Source of the DNA: Amoeboradix gromovi X-113
Taxonomy: Eukaryota; Fungi; Sanchytriomycota
Length of the DNA stretch: 15,774 nucleotides
Assembly: GCA_018985225.1 (NCBI GenBank)
Contig: JADGIF010000179.1
Coordinates: 1 to 15,774, forward strand
Direction of reading: 5' to 3'
Made by a program: the position numbers and the translations under genes. A model generated the notes under the pieces. It had not been told where the DNA came from. It saw nothing but the letters and a program-made list of their open reading frames with translations, and did no database searches. Positions 8,001 to 15,774 of this stretch are shown in pieces; position 1 is the first letter of the stretch; every line of letters begins with the position of its first letter.

Positions 8001-10148
8001 CCTATACAATTCCAAATACTGATCACTATTCAGATTTATTGGAGTTGCTTTCGGTAAATGGTCTAAAAAGTGCAAAACAGTACCAAGAAAAGACCCGTTT
8101 GATCGGGATTTATAATATGTATTATGCTGCTCCACGCTGCATATGTCATACTCTAATTGGAATATGAACCGAGCATGTTTTTTGAATATAGCGTCAGAAT
8201 GTTTAATCAACAACGACTTCCCATTCTTATGTATTTTGCTAAGTAAAACGGTAGACTCTAGCACCAGTGTTCTAAACATAAGCTCGCGATCATTCAAGTT
8301 CTGCAACACATTTGTTCTTAGACTGGTAAATGTAGTAATAGACATTGCACCGAACAAGCTAGGCAATTGCTCCACCATGACTAAGTACAGCTCTAGTAAT
8401 TCTGCAATACTCTCTAGAAACAATGGATTATAGGACTGTTTACTCAGACATTTGCGTATAAATCTTAAACAGCTAGTTGTTGTAGTAAAACACTTTAACA
8501 TAAATGTCTCATTAATTGGGAAAGGCGGAACAACCAGCAGTGGTTTAACATCCATCAACATCATAATTACGTCTTGTTCTATGTCCATATTAATCTCTGC
8601 AATATCCATTAAGTATGACAGAATTTGCCATCCACTATTTCTTACCAGTTCTTGAACCAAGAGCATGGAATCATTTTCCACCACAAAGTTAATAGCCTGG
8701 TTAACTATCTTAAGGATTAAATCAACATCAGTACTAGTCATTTGATAGTGCTCACTCCAATAGACCAATACAACCATTAATGCCATGCTATAAGCGTGGT
8801 ACTTTTTCAGATAAACATCAGGCTGCATAGATTTAAGTTTAGGCAAATCATCCTTAAGGAATGGATACACTACAGTTACTAATGACCTAACGTAGGAAGC
8901 ATCAGATTGCATGATACCATGCATACAGTATAAGGCACCGTTGATTAAAACGTCATCAGAATGTTCCAAATATCTGAAGAGAATAGTCTGAAGATTATCA
9001 AAGCTGCCAACATTCGTACCAGCAAGGGTAATATAGTTGCCAAGTTCTAAAATACAGATACTTAGGGTCCAGTTAGATGGTATAGGCTTGTTAGGAGTCA
9101 GTTGAGGCCACTGCTCTAGATACTCTAGTAGGACATTAATCGCAGGCATAAAACCGTCATCGTGAGTTAACAACGAACTGACATCTTTTCGAAGGATAAA
9201 TGATATGCAGGAGAATATAAAGTATTGGTCTGAGAAATAAAGCTTGTTAAAAGCGTCGCAGGATAACAATTTGGCAATGTTTTGGATCAAAGTAGAATAG
9301 TTTTGCTCCATAAACAGTTTACCTTTTAATTGGCAATAACGACCTAAAACCTCCGATAAGTAAGCAATATAGTCTCTTTCTAAAAGTGCAAGTTCCATGT
9401 TCCTAAATATCGCAGGAAATACATCCGACTCTGTGAATTGTTCAATTTTAGCTGCAGGCTTCTTGTTTTTCTCTGTGTCTTCATCATTGTTGTCTTCATT
9501 CTTCACTTCCTCGTGGACCTGCTTAGAGTAAAAGTACAATAAAGTGCTGAGAGCGATACTGCTCTGTTCTCGAATCATATGGGATATAACCATATTACGA
9601 TCAAGAAATATGTCTAAGATACTGAATATCTTTATGCTCTTGGTTATCACAGAATGATTTTGAATACAGAATATATAGTACTGCTGAATAGCTTTAAGCT
9701 TGATCTTTTTAATTTCACTGTGCATAAACCCTCGCAAAATACGATAGAGGCTCAGGGTGTTGTTATCATCCAATTCTAAATAGTGCATGCAGTCCATGCT
9801 TACCAAATGATAGAGCAATGTGTTAGATTTATAGTTTTTGATCAATTTGTAATATGCAGTACTAAAGAGGGTTTGTGCTTGGTATGGAGCATTGATTAAA
9901 ATAGCATCTAAAATGTCAATAATTAAACAAGTGGTGGATAACGTTATATCTTTAGAGTCTAACATGTTAATTAAAGTAGTGGATGTATTCAGTAAACTTT
10001 TAAGATCTGGAAGTAATTTAGCAAACAATTTGGGGAGCGTTAATCTGGCTTCAAGACTTGCGTACTTGTTTTGTTGAATGTTCATAATGTGTTGGGACAC
10101 TATTAGTTGAGGATCTGAAAGCGGGTCCAGTAACTCCATCTGTGACAT
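5025..10148 (-). CDS. LAA1: HEAT repeat protein of the HEATR5/Laa1/Sip1 family (AP-1 clathrin adaptor accessory protein)
   Basis: Long Leu-rich helical ORF containing 'FEHVKDPQDNEHVILEQYHAQFTSALSPMF...SPDDLIASACLVNSTFI', which matches the HEATR5 signature '[25 protein letters not shown]...ACQVCSTWI'. 'DTHPLAHASGL' also fits. First ATG is at 10148 (alternative 10139), giving about 1707 aa; TGA at 5025-5027. Confidence 0.82.
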   Translation of the reverse strand: MSQMELLDPLSDPQLIVSQHIMNIQQNKYASLEARLTLPKLFAKLLPDLKSLLNTSTTLINMLDSKDITLSTTCLIIDILDAILINAPYQAQTLFSTAYYKLIKNYKSNTLLYHLVSMDCMHYLELDDNNTLSLYRILRGFMHSEIKKIKLKAIQQYYIFCIQNHSVITKSIKIFSILDIFLDRNMVISHMIREQSSIALSTLLYFYSKQVHEEVKNEDNNDEDTEKNKKPAAKIEQFTESDVFPAIFRNMELALLERDYIAYLSEVLGRYCQLKGKLFMEQNYSTLIQNIAKLLSCDAFNKLYFSDQYFIFSCISFILRKDVSSLLTHDDGFMPAINVLLEYLEQWPQLTPNKPIPSNWTLSICILELGNYITLAGTNVGSFDNLQTILFRYLEHSDDVLINGALYCMHGIMQSDASYVRSLVTVVYPFLKDDLPKLKSMQPDVYLKKYHAYSMALMVVLVYWSEHYQMTSTDVDLILKIVNQAINFVVENDSMLLVQELVRNSGWQILSYLMDIAEINMDIEQDVIMMLMDVKPLLVVPPFPINETFMLKCFTTTTSCLRFIRKCLSKQSYNPLFLESIAELLELYLVMVEQLPSLFGAMSITTFTSLRTNVLQNLNDRELMFRTLVLESTVLLSKIHKNGKSLLIKHSDAIFKKHARFIFQLEYDICSVEQHNTYYKSRSNGSFLGTVLHFLDHLPKATPINLNSDQYLELYRISSDTHVKLFYFELDLSIFNKLSFKTSLITHGSSMPFMRCISSFCKFIQIALPLSDVVIQRQLINTCSIFLTTIDLKSTMKRKTAFIIFASLLGGTETTLDAVAAFNAYKLLLQYTSEVFTDIPHLINELLSLFGTSLDASSSSAIIKDLLDKTISNPDVDKRHYQFIFLTSLIKKCTVIDHMDVLINVMNSLLLDTHPLAHASGLIGCTDVISAPFMRINNKFIDLYLGLYNNLNYEEYFILNDVLGVESDGLYLYHTSSILQSICFNLGTELFTSPFKSKLMDLSAIYINNKHPFTSINALNIFEFLISFKMTSNIPFTSESLLQMFRQSMHSDLRFVILKLLKHVVVNEPLSLPLQVLIMATEDVINTNELLILRQMCTICIDNKRSYDDLISNFNLLKSILNKQQQQTTITMNIDDEGLQMIQKQSPKSTIIPSFNSLITAAQCFMQVLQLLKQYDLIDKIQDLIAISFNCSTSSNMELKFYGLLILQDCLLMFEHVKDPQDNEHVILEQYHAQFTSALSPMFNSRSPDDLIASACLVNSTFIISIKDVILIDKPVKLLNTVFSNSLAQLKTDTISNVLLIATMTCYLEVYEFINQAELNHLLDANYDVVLEELHVNVLPVLCKQMFQKNNLFKSRHLNNLQFQHRWIQIVLSIISSTNSSNSSTTKSLAFGLLQSHSCSFNTVTPLHVQMVLKMQDIDILSEESILIDYFNHSSQMLFKIAAVGDKIDYLSAMLRNFKSNDLGVEYIESLFNVLIYHMQIQPQLYIQCTLMVGCLLIELQYNVDEVTSKCMMSILIGYKHITTNGLQWLKKATMGITIDTLGWLIYKVILNKLILEVNEVNMIIMLSMIHAQDSVIEHKITGITMYFIHGINMGDKMGIYGIQGIKMMINRGINTRIVIASIVKMLLRTTVKGMMLEDGFVLLMSVNKRKGYLLLLNMWKQFRMMDGKKMYMRLIQIGLPEHMGLLKTFLGKLDYEERSLFQRLLS

Positions 10149-10832
10149 ACTCAACAAAAACCAGACAAACTTTCTAAAACAAAAGTTTCAAAAAAATGGA
10201 AGTAGTCTGTTAAAGAATTCCTATATTAATTACCTACGCTCTAGGCAAAAATATCTTACAACAGTTCGCCATATATTTCAGCCTAGTTTTTCACCGCTGC
10301 TCTCTAAATTTTAATGAGTTGAATATTATTATAACACCCGACAGATTAATAAATTCCAGCAGACACATTGACATAATATCGGAGCTCTGTGAGAGATCGC
10401 CGAATGCTGTTGTACTCGTCATCATTTCATGATAGCTGTACCAATCTTTTCATGATTTAAACTCATAAATAAGTTGAAATAGAGTCTTCATATCAGGCGT
10501 ATTAGATAGCTCCTTATTATATCCTTATTTTAGCATTATAACCAGTTATAGCCCCATTAGCACTAGTTATAGCCATTCCAGTACTATGGTGTACAAAAAG
10601 CATGATATGCTTGTTATCCTCTTTACTAATGAAGAGTATCGCGATACATTCAGAGTAATCGTATGAATAAGTTTTTTATACAATAAAAATAGTTCACCAA
10701 TAGCTCTTCTCGTTACAGCAGAGATCGCTCGATAAATTACTAGTATTTGAGATGTTATGCCTGACATGATTTGGAGCCTTTTTTCTTAGGTATGAAAACA
10801 GAATTCCTATTTTTTTCCATAAGAACATTCAT

Positions 10833-12149
10833 TTATTCATCAATTTCAATTTCTTTGTTTGATCCAAATTGTGCATTCCATGCCAAATGAAATGCGACAT
10901 CTTTTTCACTTACAGAAGTATTTACTTCATTTATAGCAACTAGAAAATCATTCATAGAGATTGGAGGTACCTGAAATGAAAAATCCTGTATCTTTGACCC
11001 TAGTTCCCTAATACAAATACCAGCAGCCGTTCTTACTAACTCCTTGACATCGCTGCAGCTAAATTTGTTAGTTGAGTCTACAATTTTCTTGAAATCCTCA
11101 TCTTTCAAAGAGTGCTTCTCATCTTTTAGTTGTAGTCTCACTATTTGTTCTCTTGCTACAGGATTTGGGAGCCCTACATAAATTCTCTTTGTAAACCTCC
11201 TCCTTGCAGCCTCGTCTAAAGACTGAGGCCTATTTGTGGCTGCAATTACTAGAATCTGATCGTTAGACTTGCTACTCATCCCGTCCAACTGTACCAACAA
11301 CTCAGTTTTCAAGCCTCTCAAGTTATCGGCAGATTCGCCTTCATTGGAACCACCTCTAGCAGATAGTAAACTGTCAATCTCATCTATAAATATAATACTT
11401 GGTTGCTGTAGTTTTGCAACTGCAAATAACGCCCTAACTAGCTTCTCAGATTCACCGATCCATTTTGAAGTAATTGATGATGCAGAAATAGAAAAAAAAG
11501 TAGATTTGCATTCGCAGGCAGCCACCTTTGCTAAAAACGTTTTTCCAGTACCAGGTGGACCAAATAATAGAATACCTTTAACAGGTGATCTGATTCCAGT
11601 GAATATATCAGGTCGAAGCATTGGGTAAATAACAGTTTCTCTGAGAAGCTGCTTAGCTTTGTCAAGGCCTGCAATATCTTCGAAAGTTAGCTTGTCTGAA
11701 ATATCTACTATTAGAGATGATATTATTGCAGTAAATTTACCAGTAGGATCAATCTCTTTTAAAAACTGATCTTCAATCTTATTTTCCTTGTTTGTTGCAC
11801 CAGCGCTTTTAAAGGAAGAGCTTTTAGACTCTTTTTCTTTACTAACAGCTTTGCTATTTCTTAAAGCTGAGACATTTCTTTTTGCAATTGTATTATGCGC
11901 TTCTGTGACTTCAACGTATTCTATTTCAGTTCCTGTTGGTTCCGAAAGAATAGAGTCAATTCTGGAATGTTCCGCATCACCGGGAATCATAGTGGACATC
12001 TCAGTGTCATCTAGAAGATTCATCAAATCTTGTTCAATGAAATGCTTCCTAAGTTCTGAAAATGACTCATATGTTTTTAGTTCGGACTCCGATTCTACCA
12101 AATTTCTGCATACTTCTTGTATGTTTTCCAAGGACCTGCCATTGTACAT
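10833..12149 (-). CDS. FIGNL1: Fidgetin-like 1 / spastin-clade AAA+ ATPase
   Basis: 'FEDIAGLDKAKQLLRETVIYPMLRPDIFTGIRSPVKGILLFGPPGTGKT' (Walker A), pore loop 'SKWIGESEK', Walker B 'IIFIDEIDSLL' and SRH 'AATNRPQSLDEAARRRF'. 'PMLRPDIFTG' and the 'W..QFGS' tail are closest to fidgetin-like 1. No MIT domain is apparent. 438 aa. Confidence 0.8.
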   Translation of the reverse strand: MYNGRSLENIQEVCRNLVESESELKTYESFSELRKHFIEQDLMNLLDDTEMSTMIPGDAEHSRIDSILSEPTGTEIEYVEVTEAHNTIAKRNVSALRNSKAVSKEKESKSSSFKSAGATNKENKIEDQFLKEIDPTGKFTAIISSLIVDISDKLTFEDIAGLDKAKQLLRETVIYPMLRPDIFTGIRSPVKGILLFGPPGTGKTFLAKVAACECKSTFFSISASSITSKWIGESEKLVRALFAVAKLQQPSIIFIDEIDSLLSARGGSNEGESADNLRGLKTELLVQLDGMSSKSNDQILVIAATNRPQSLDEAARRRFTKRIYVGLPNPVAREQIVRLQLKDEKHSLKDEDFKKIVDSTNKFSCSDVKELVRTAAGICIRELGSKIQDFSFQVPPISMNDFLVAINEVNTSVSEKDVAFHLAWNAQFGSNKEIEIDE

Positions 12150-12339
12150 TTTTGTAGACGATTTAAAAGTTTCGTTTAACCCCGTACCAACATACGAATT
12201 GTTTGGGTATCAACAAGCCTTTTTCATTCAGATAGAAAGTGCGGTTTATGGAGTTGATAGCCTTGAGATTGCAGCTTCACTCTAATTTTAAAGCAGAAAT
12301 TAATCTACTTGAAATTTAAAACAACCACAATTTATTAAA

Positions 12340-13479
12340 TTACTCTTCCATGACTACATCAATGTATAATGTGTCAGGATCCAGATCCATATTGCTTTTA
12401 TTCTGCATCAGTTCTCTTTTGATTTCTCCTGATATTAAATAGTGCTTCTTTTTACTAATTAAATTCAAAAAGGCCTCAATCTGTGCGTCTGAGAAATCGT
12501 TTTTGTATCTCTGACAGAATACCAACAGGGACTGGTGCCATAGAACAGTCATTTCGTTCTCAAAGTTAGTAAATTGTAAAAAGTGATTGACCATTGCATC
12601 CAACACTTTATATGGCAAAGCGTATTTTTTGTCTAACAAGACTCTTAAAAATATGGAAGTTGCACCTGAATAAGGCATTGTTGCCAGTTTCAAAATTGCA
12701 GCACATGAATGCATAACTGGAACTGTGCATTTGTTTATGATACTCGAAATAATTACCGCTTCTTTTAGAGTGCATTGCTGCTCACATAGTGGAAATAGCA
12801 GCCCTTTAAAGAACACAGCAGGCTTGTATAGTGCTTTTTTCAAAGCCATGTACAAATGATAATTCAATTTCTTTGTTTTAAGAATATCTTTTCTAACAGC
12901 GTATAGCAAATATTTCATATAAATAGTAGCTTGGTAAGGCTTCATAATAGAAATGTATATTCTAGATGCATGAAAATGCGCATGCGGGGTCCATTTATCA
13001 GGATTAGTGCACTGCAAATAGAACTCCCAATTTGGAAGTCTGGGGATAAATTTAAATGCGCTTGGAAGCCTGCCACTTGTATACTTGCTTAGTAATTCCC
13101 CAACTCTACCATAGAGCTCTTGTAATTGTTTATCATAATCCTCATTCTCCTTAAGCGGGACCATTTTCTGAATTGTGGATGACAAATCAACTTTCGAGGG
13201 AAAATAAGAATTAATTGCGGCCAGTTCTTCTTTTGAAAGACCTTCTACCGGCATTTCCTCATTGTATTCACACTGATCGGAATGATCTGAATCATCGCTA
13301 TAGCTCTCATCTTCTTCATCCAACTGAAACTCCAACTTCTTTTCTTGCATCAAATTTAATATTTTCTGCGACTCTTTCCCAGATATTTTGACATCTTCAA
13401 AGTGCTTGTTTCTCTTTGATTTCGCCTTTAAAGATGGCAAAATCTGATCCTTTAGAAATGAAGATGATTTGGACTTCAT
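12340..13479 (-). CDS. ENP1: Bystin (Enp1), 40S ribosome biogenesis factor
   Basis: Bystin signatures 'LSKYTSGRLPSAFKFIP', 'KKLNYHLYMALKKALYKPAVFFKGLLFPL', 'LLDKKYALPYKVLDAMVNHF' and 'VLWHQSLLVFCQRYK'. 379 aa. Confidence 0.96.
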   Translation of the reverse strand: MKSKSSSFLKDQILPSLKAKSKRNKHFEDVKISGKESQKILNLMQEKKLEFQLDEEDESYSDDSDHSDQCEYNEEMPVEGLSKEELAAINSYFPSKVDLSSTIQKMVPLKENEDYDKQLQELYGRVGELLSKYTSGRLPSAFKFIPRLPNWEFYLQCTNPDKWTPHAHFHASRIYISIMKPYQATIYMKYLLYAVRKDILKTKKLNYHLYMALKKALYKPAVFFKGLLFPLCEQQCTLKEAVIISSIINKCTVPVMHSCAAILKLATMPYSGATSIFLRVLLDKKYALPYKVLDAMVNHFLQFTNFENEMTVLWHQSLLVFCQRYKNDFSDAQIEAFLNLISKKKHYLISGEIKRELMQNKSNMDLDPDTLYIDVVMEE

Positions 13480-13536
13480 GGAGAATTCTTTCGTTTGATC
13501 CTAAAAGAGCTAAATGTTTAAAGCGACTTATATTTA

Positions 13537-14986
13537 CTACTCTCTACTAATGTCTCTTCCAAACAAACGATGCTTCATCCAGTCAAAGCTTACTAACATT
13601 TGATTTCTGAATGAAAACAGAGTAGTCAAGTACACAGAATTCCATACAATGTTTGCGATAAAACCATCTAATGAATAATTGCCAAAGGAAAAAGTAAAAT
13701 CCCCAATTGCTTTGTCACTCCCGATGTAGGCCAAACCACCCAAATGTTTGTATTGGAATTTCTTAATCTTTGGTTCTCTTGCGTTTAAATCGGCAGTACC
13801 TATCTCATTGAACACTTTAGCTAAATATTTGCCCTGCTGATAAGCCACCTGTGCTGTTGGTGGATTCTTTGTAAACGTGCAGTCCCCAAAAGCGTAAATA
13901 TCTTCGAATCCTAGTACTTTCAACGATTCGTCCACCAATAGCCCTCGTTTGTTGTTCTGATGTGTCGGTGCCAAATCCATAAGATTTCTAATTAATGGTC
14001 TCGCAGTGTTTCCTATATTAGCATTAGATACCTGTTGCCCAAATAAGTATTCCGTATGGTATAAATATCTCTTTGTTTGTTGTCTTATCAATGGCCACTA
14101 TGCCTTTCTCTTTTACCTCCTTGACTTGGGTATTTGTGTGAATATCGATGTTTGAATCTTTAAAACTCTTTTCGGTATAATCAACTAATTTCTTGGAAAA
14201 AGAGGGTAAAACTTGTGGTAAGGCTTCGATTAGTGTAATCTTAACATTGTCAGCTTGAGAAGGGAACCACATTTTAATGTCCTGCAGCAAAAAATCATTT
14301 AGTTCACCAGCAAACTCAACTCCGGTAGGGCCACCGCCAACTACAACAGCATGTAGCAGCCTTGATTTCTCCTCCTTGCTGTCCTGTAACTCTGCCGTTT
14401 CCAAGCAATCCTGGATTTTGCTCCTAATCCGTTTGGCATCTGATACTTCCTTAAGAAACAAAGCATTCTCTTTTACACCAGGTATGCCAAAGGTGGCGTT
14501 ATCTGCACCAACACCTATTACCAAATAATCGTAACTTATATCTTTTTCAAAAACTTCACCACGGACTTCACTGTTATCAACTATTTTAATAATCTTGTTA
14601 AATGGATCAATTTTAGTACAATCAGCTTCTAGAAACTGAACATTAAAGGGCTTTCTTCTCAATAAATATCTAATTGGCAACATTATTGATCTGCTCTCTG
14701 TTCCACCTGTTGTAACTTGAGGTAACAACGGTGTGAATAGGAAATAATTTCTTGGGCTTACTACTGTAACTTCATATTCTGAACTCCATAGTGCCTTGAT
14801 GAGCGATGAGCTACACCAGCCTGTTCCCAGTATGACTAGCTTCTTTGTTTTTTCAACAGCTTTAGGTAATGGAGGTGGATAATGGAAGTCATAATACGTT
14901 TTGCCAACATTATATGTCAAAACACCAATTGGTGCATAAAACAAATAACGAATTTTAAATTTCGCCATATGAAACAATCGGGACAT
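13537..14986 (-). CDS. NDE1: Mitochondrial type II (alternative) NADH:ubiquinone oxidoreductase, Nde1/Ndi1 family; two exons (14986-14032, 14012-13537), 476 aa
   Basis: FAD motif 'LVILGTGW', 'VSPRNYFLFTPLLP', NADH motif 'VVVGGGPTGVEFAGEL', 'IYAFGDC', 'PPTAQVAYQQGKYLA', 'FQYKHLGGLAYIG' and C-terminal 'FGRDISRE'. The two ORF-track pieces join as W-A-T-G-N-T-A-R-P after removing a 19-nt intron (1431 nt, 477 codons). The N-terminus is basic and lacks acidic residues, like a mitochondrial presequence. No EF-hand insertion. Confidence 0.93.
14013..14031 (-). other. 19-nt spliceosomal intron (GTATCTAATGCTAATATAG)
   Basis: The minus strand reads TGG GCA ACA G|GTATCTAATGCTAATATAG|GA AAC ACT GCG AGA CCA. 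It has GT-AG ends and a GCTAAT branch motif. Excision removes the stop and frameshift and restores the conserved WATGN motif. Confidence 0.92.
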
Positions 14987-15064
14987 CAAATATAAAAACT
15001 AGAGTAACTTTCTGATACAGTTTGAATGATTATTTCAAGTGTGTATTAACCGATAGTAAATTAA

Positions 15065-15570
15065 AATAAATTAATCTTACTGTTTGCACCTTTTGCTCAG
15101 ACACTCAAAGACCTTGTATATTTGAAAGATGGTGGGTCATCTTTTTATATTTTAAAGAGAGGAATGACAGTAACGAAAGAAAATTGGTTTGAAAGAAGGA
15201 CTTTTATTAATAACAGTATTTCCTCCTTATGGAGCACCTACTTTAAAGACGACTTGGTCTAGTTTTTATATTTGGTGTCCCAATCCGCTTCAGAAGAAAA
15301 AGATCTTAATTGCTCATGAGAAGTCCTGGTTTCAAAAATGAAGAAGTTCCGAGGTACATCGACAATGCCCGTCCCTCTGTGGACACTCTTTGCACTCACT
15401 ATTACTGCTCGCGCTTCCACTGCCCCTAGGCGGGACTGAGATCGACATATCTAGATGAGAGAATATTGGCCCATTTCCAGTTGACGAAAGAAGGATTACA
15501 GCGTTTTCGTGCATTTAGAAAAGCCAAGAGAGACCTTATTCCAGTGATAAAGCTCATGTTATCACAATAA
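15065..15570 (+). pseudogene. Degraded coding relic of unknown family (possibly a secreted protein) with nonsense codons and a frameshift
   Basis: Open frame 15065-15259 starts with a hydrophobic 'LILLFAPFAQT' segment that has no ATG at its start. A second frame, 15316-15570, has one internal TAG (15427-15429) and ends in TAA overlapped by AATAAA (15566-15571). The paralogous copy downstream has GAG where this one has TAG. Confidence 0.45.
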
Positions 15571-15741
15571 ATGGTTTATTTATTGAAATCCCCAAGAATA
15601 CTGTAATACAATATAACTTCTGAGGTCCTCGCTAAAAGTCCTGATTTCTTAAAAATCGAGAATTTCCACAGAGAAACTAGCAGTGCTAATAAATCTGTTA
15701 CAGTGATCGCTCACGCTTTCACTACCCTGAGGCGGGATTGA
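15321..15741 (+). repeat. Diverged direct repeat, period about 300-315 nt (15321-15439 versus 15636-15741)
   Basis: 15321-15350 versus 15636-15667: 26 of 30 aligned bases identical, plus a 2-nt indel. 15407-15439 versus 15709-15741: 27 of 33 identical. Confidence 0.8.
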
Positions 15742-15774
15742 ATAAGGATGCATATACTTGATGTATATGTTCCT

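Noticed and set aside
10567-10767. 66-aa ORF in the LAA1-FIGNL1 gap, with nearby short repeats (AGTTATAGCC twice, AGAATTCCTAT twice)
   Set aside because: No recognisable motif and no stop-proximal AATAAA. It may be decayed coding DNA, but no call can be supported.
12150-12339. Upstream exon encoding a MIT domain for the AAA ATPase
   Set aside because: There is an in-frame TGA upstream and no AG acceptor between it and the ATG at 12149, and only 190 nt separate this ATG from the bystin stop.
14013-14091. Nde1 as two separate genes, a pseudogene or a programmed frameshift
   Set aside because: A canonical GT-AG excision restores the conserved WATGN motif exactly, both halves are otherwise intact, and no slippery site is evident.
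186-14528. Many 60-165 aa ORFs antisense to or overlapping the main genes (e.g. 11788-12285, 11269-11628, 5131-5439, 14277-14528)
   Set aside because: These are shadow frames of real genes, often with TTG or GTG starts and no independent motifs.
13534-15429. TAG reassigned to a sense codon (Nde1 ends TAG-TAA; in-frame TAGs at 15260 and 15427)
   Set aside because: None of the roughly 4,000 codons in the seven intact genes is an internal TAG or TAA, and the Nde1 TAG falls at the expected family C-terminus. Nonsense mutation in a pseudogene is the simpler explanation.
15332-15514. 60-aa minus-strand ORF with Cys residues (CKEC...HCRC)
   Set aside because: The substitution pattern between the repeat copies and the AATAAA position favour the plus-strand frame, and the Cys spacing matches no zinc-finger family I recognise.
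1-15774. Prokaryotic features, CRISPR array, tRNA/rRNA, transposase, or a functional gene cluster
   Set aside because: None seen. The genes are unrelated eukaryotic housekeeping functions, so adjacency does not imply a pathway.

Overview
AT-rich, gene-dense eukaryotic nuclear DNA, not prokaryotic. The gene set (Nde1-type NADH dehydrogenase, fungal-type Hook C-terminus, Laa1/Sip1-like HEAT protein) points to a compact-genome, probably early-diverging fungus or fungal relative; this taxonomy is inference. There are seven protein genes: UBR7/Mlo2-like E3 ligase (+), Hook dynein adaptor (-), an orphan Lys/Ser-rich protein (+), HEATR5/Laa1 (-), a fidgetin-like AAA ATPase (-), bystin/Enp1 (-) and a type II NADH dehydrogenase (-). 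The main signal is two independent 19-nt GT-AG introns (14013-14031 and 4238-4256) with the same layout, GTAT-N5-RCTAAY-WTAG, placing the predicted branch A 6 nt from the 3' end. The first restores the conserved WATGN motif of Nde1. This implies a spliceosome working near the known lower size limit. All seven genes also have an A(A/G)TAAA signal on or just after the stop codon. The right end holds a decayed, tandemly duplicated coding relic. All product calls come from motif recognition by eye, with no database searches.
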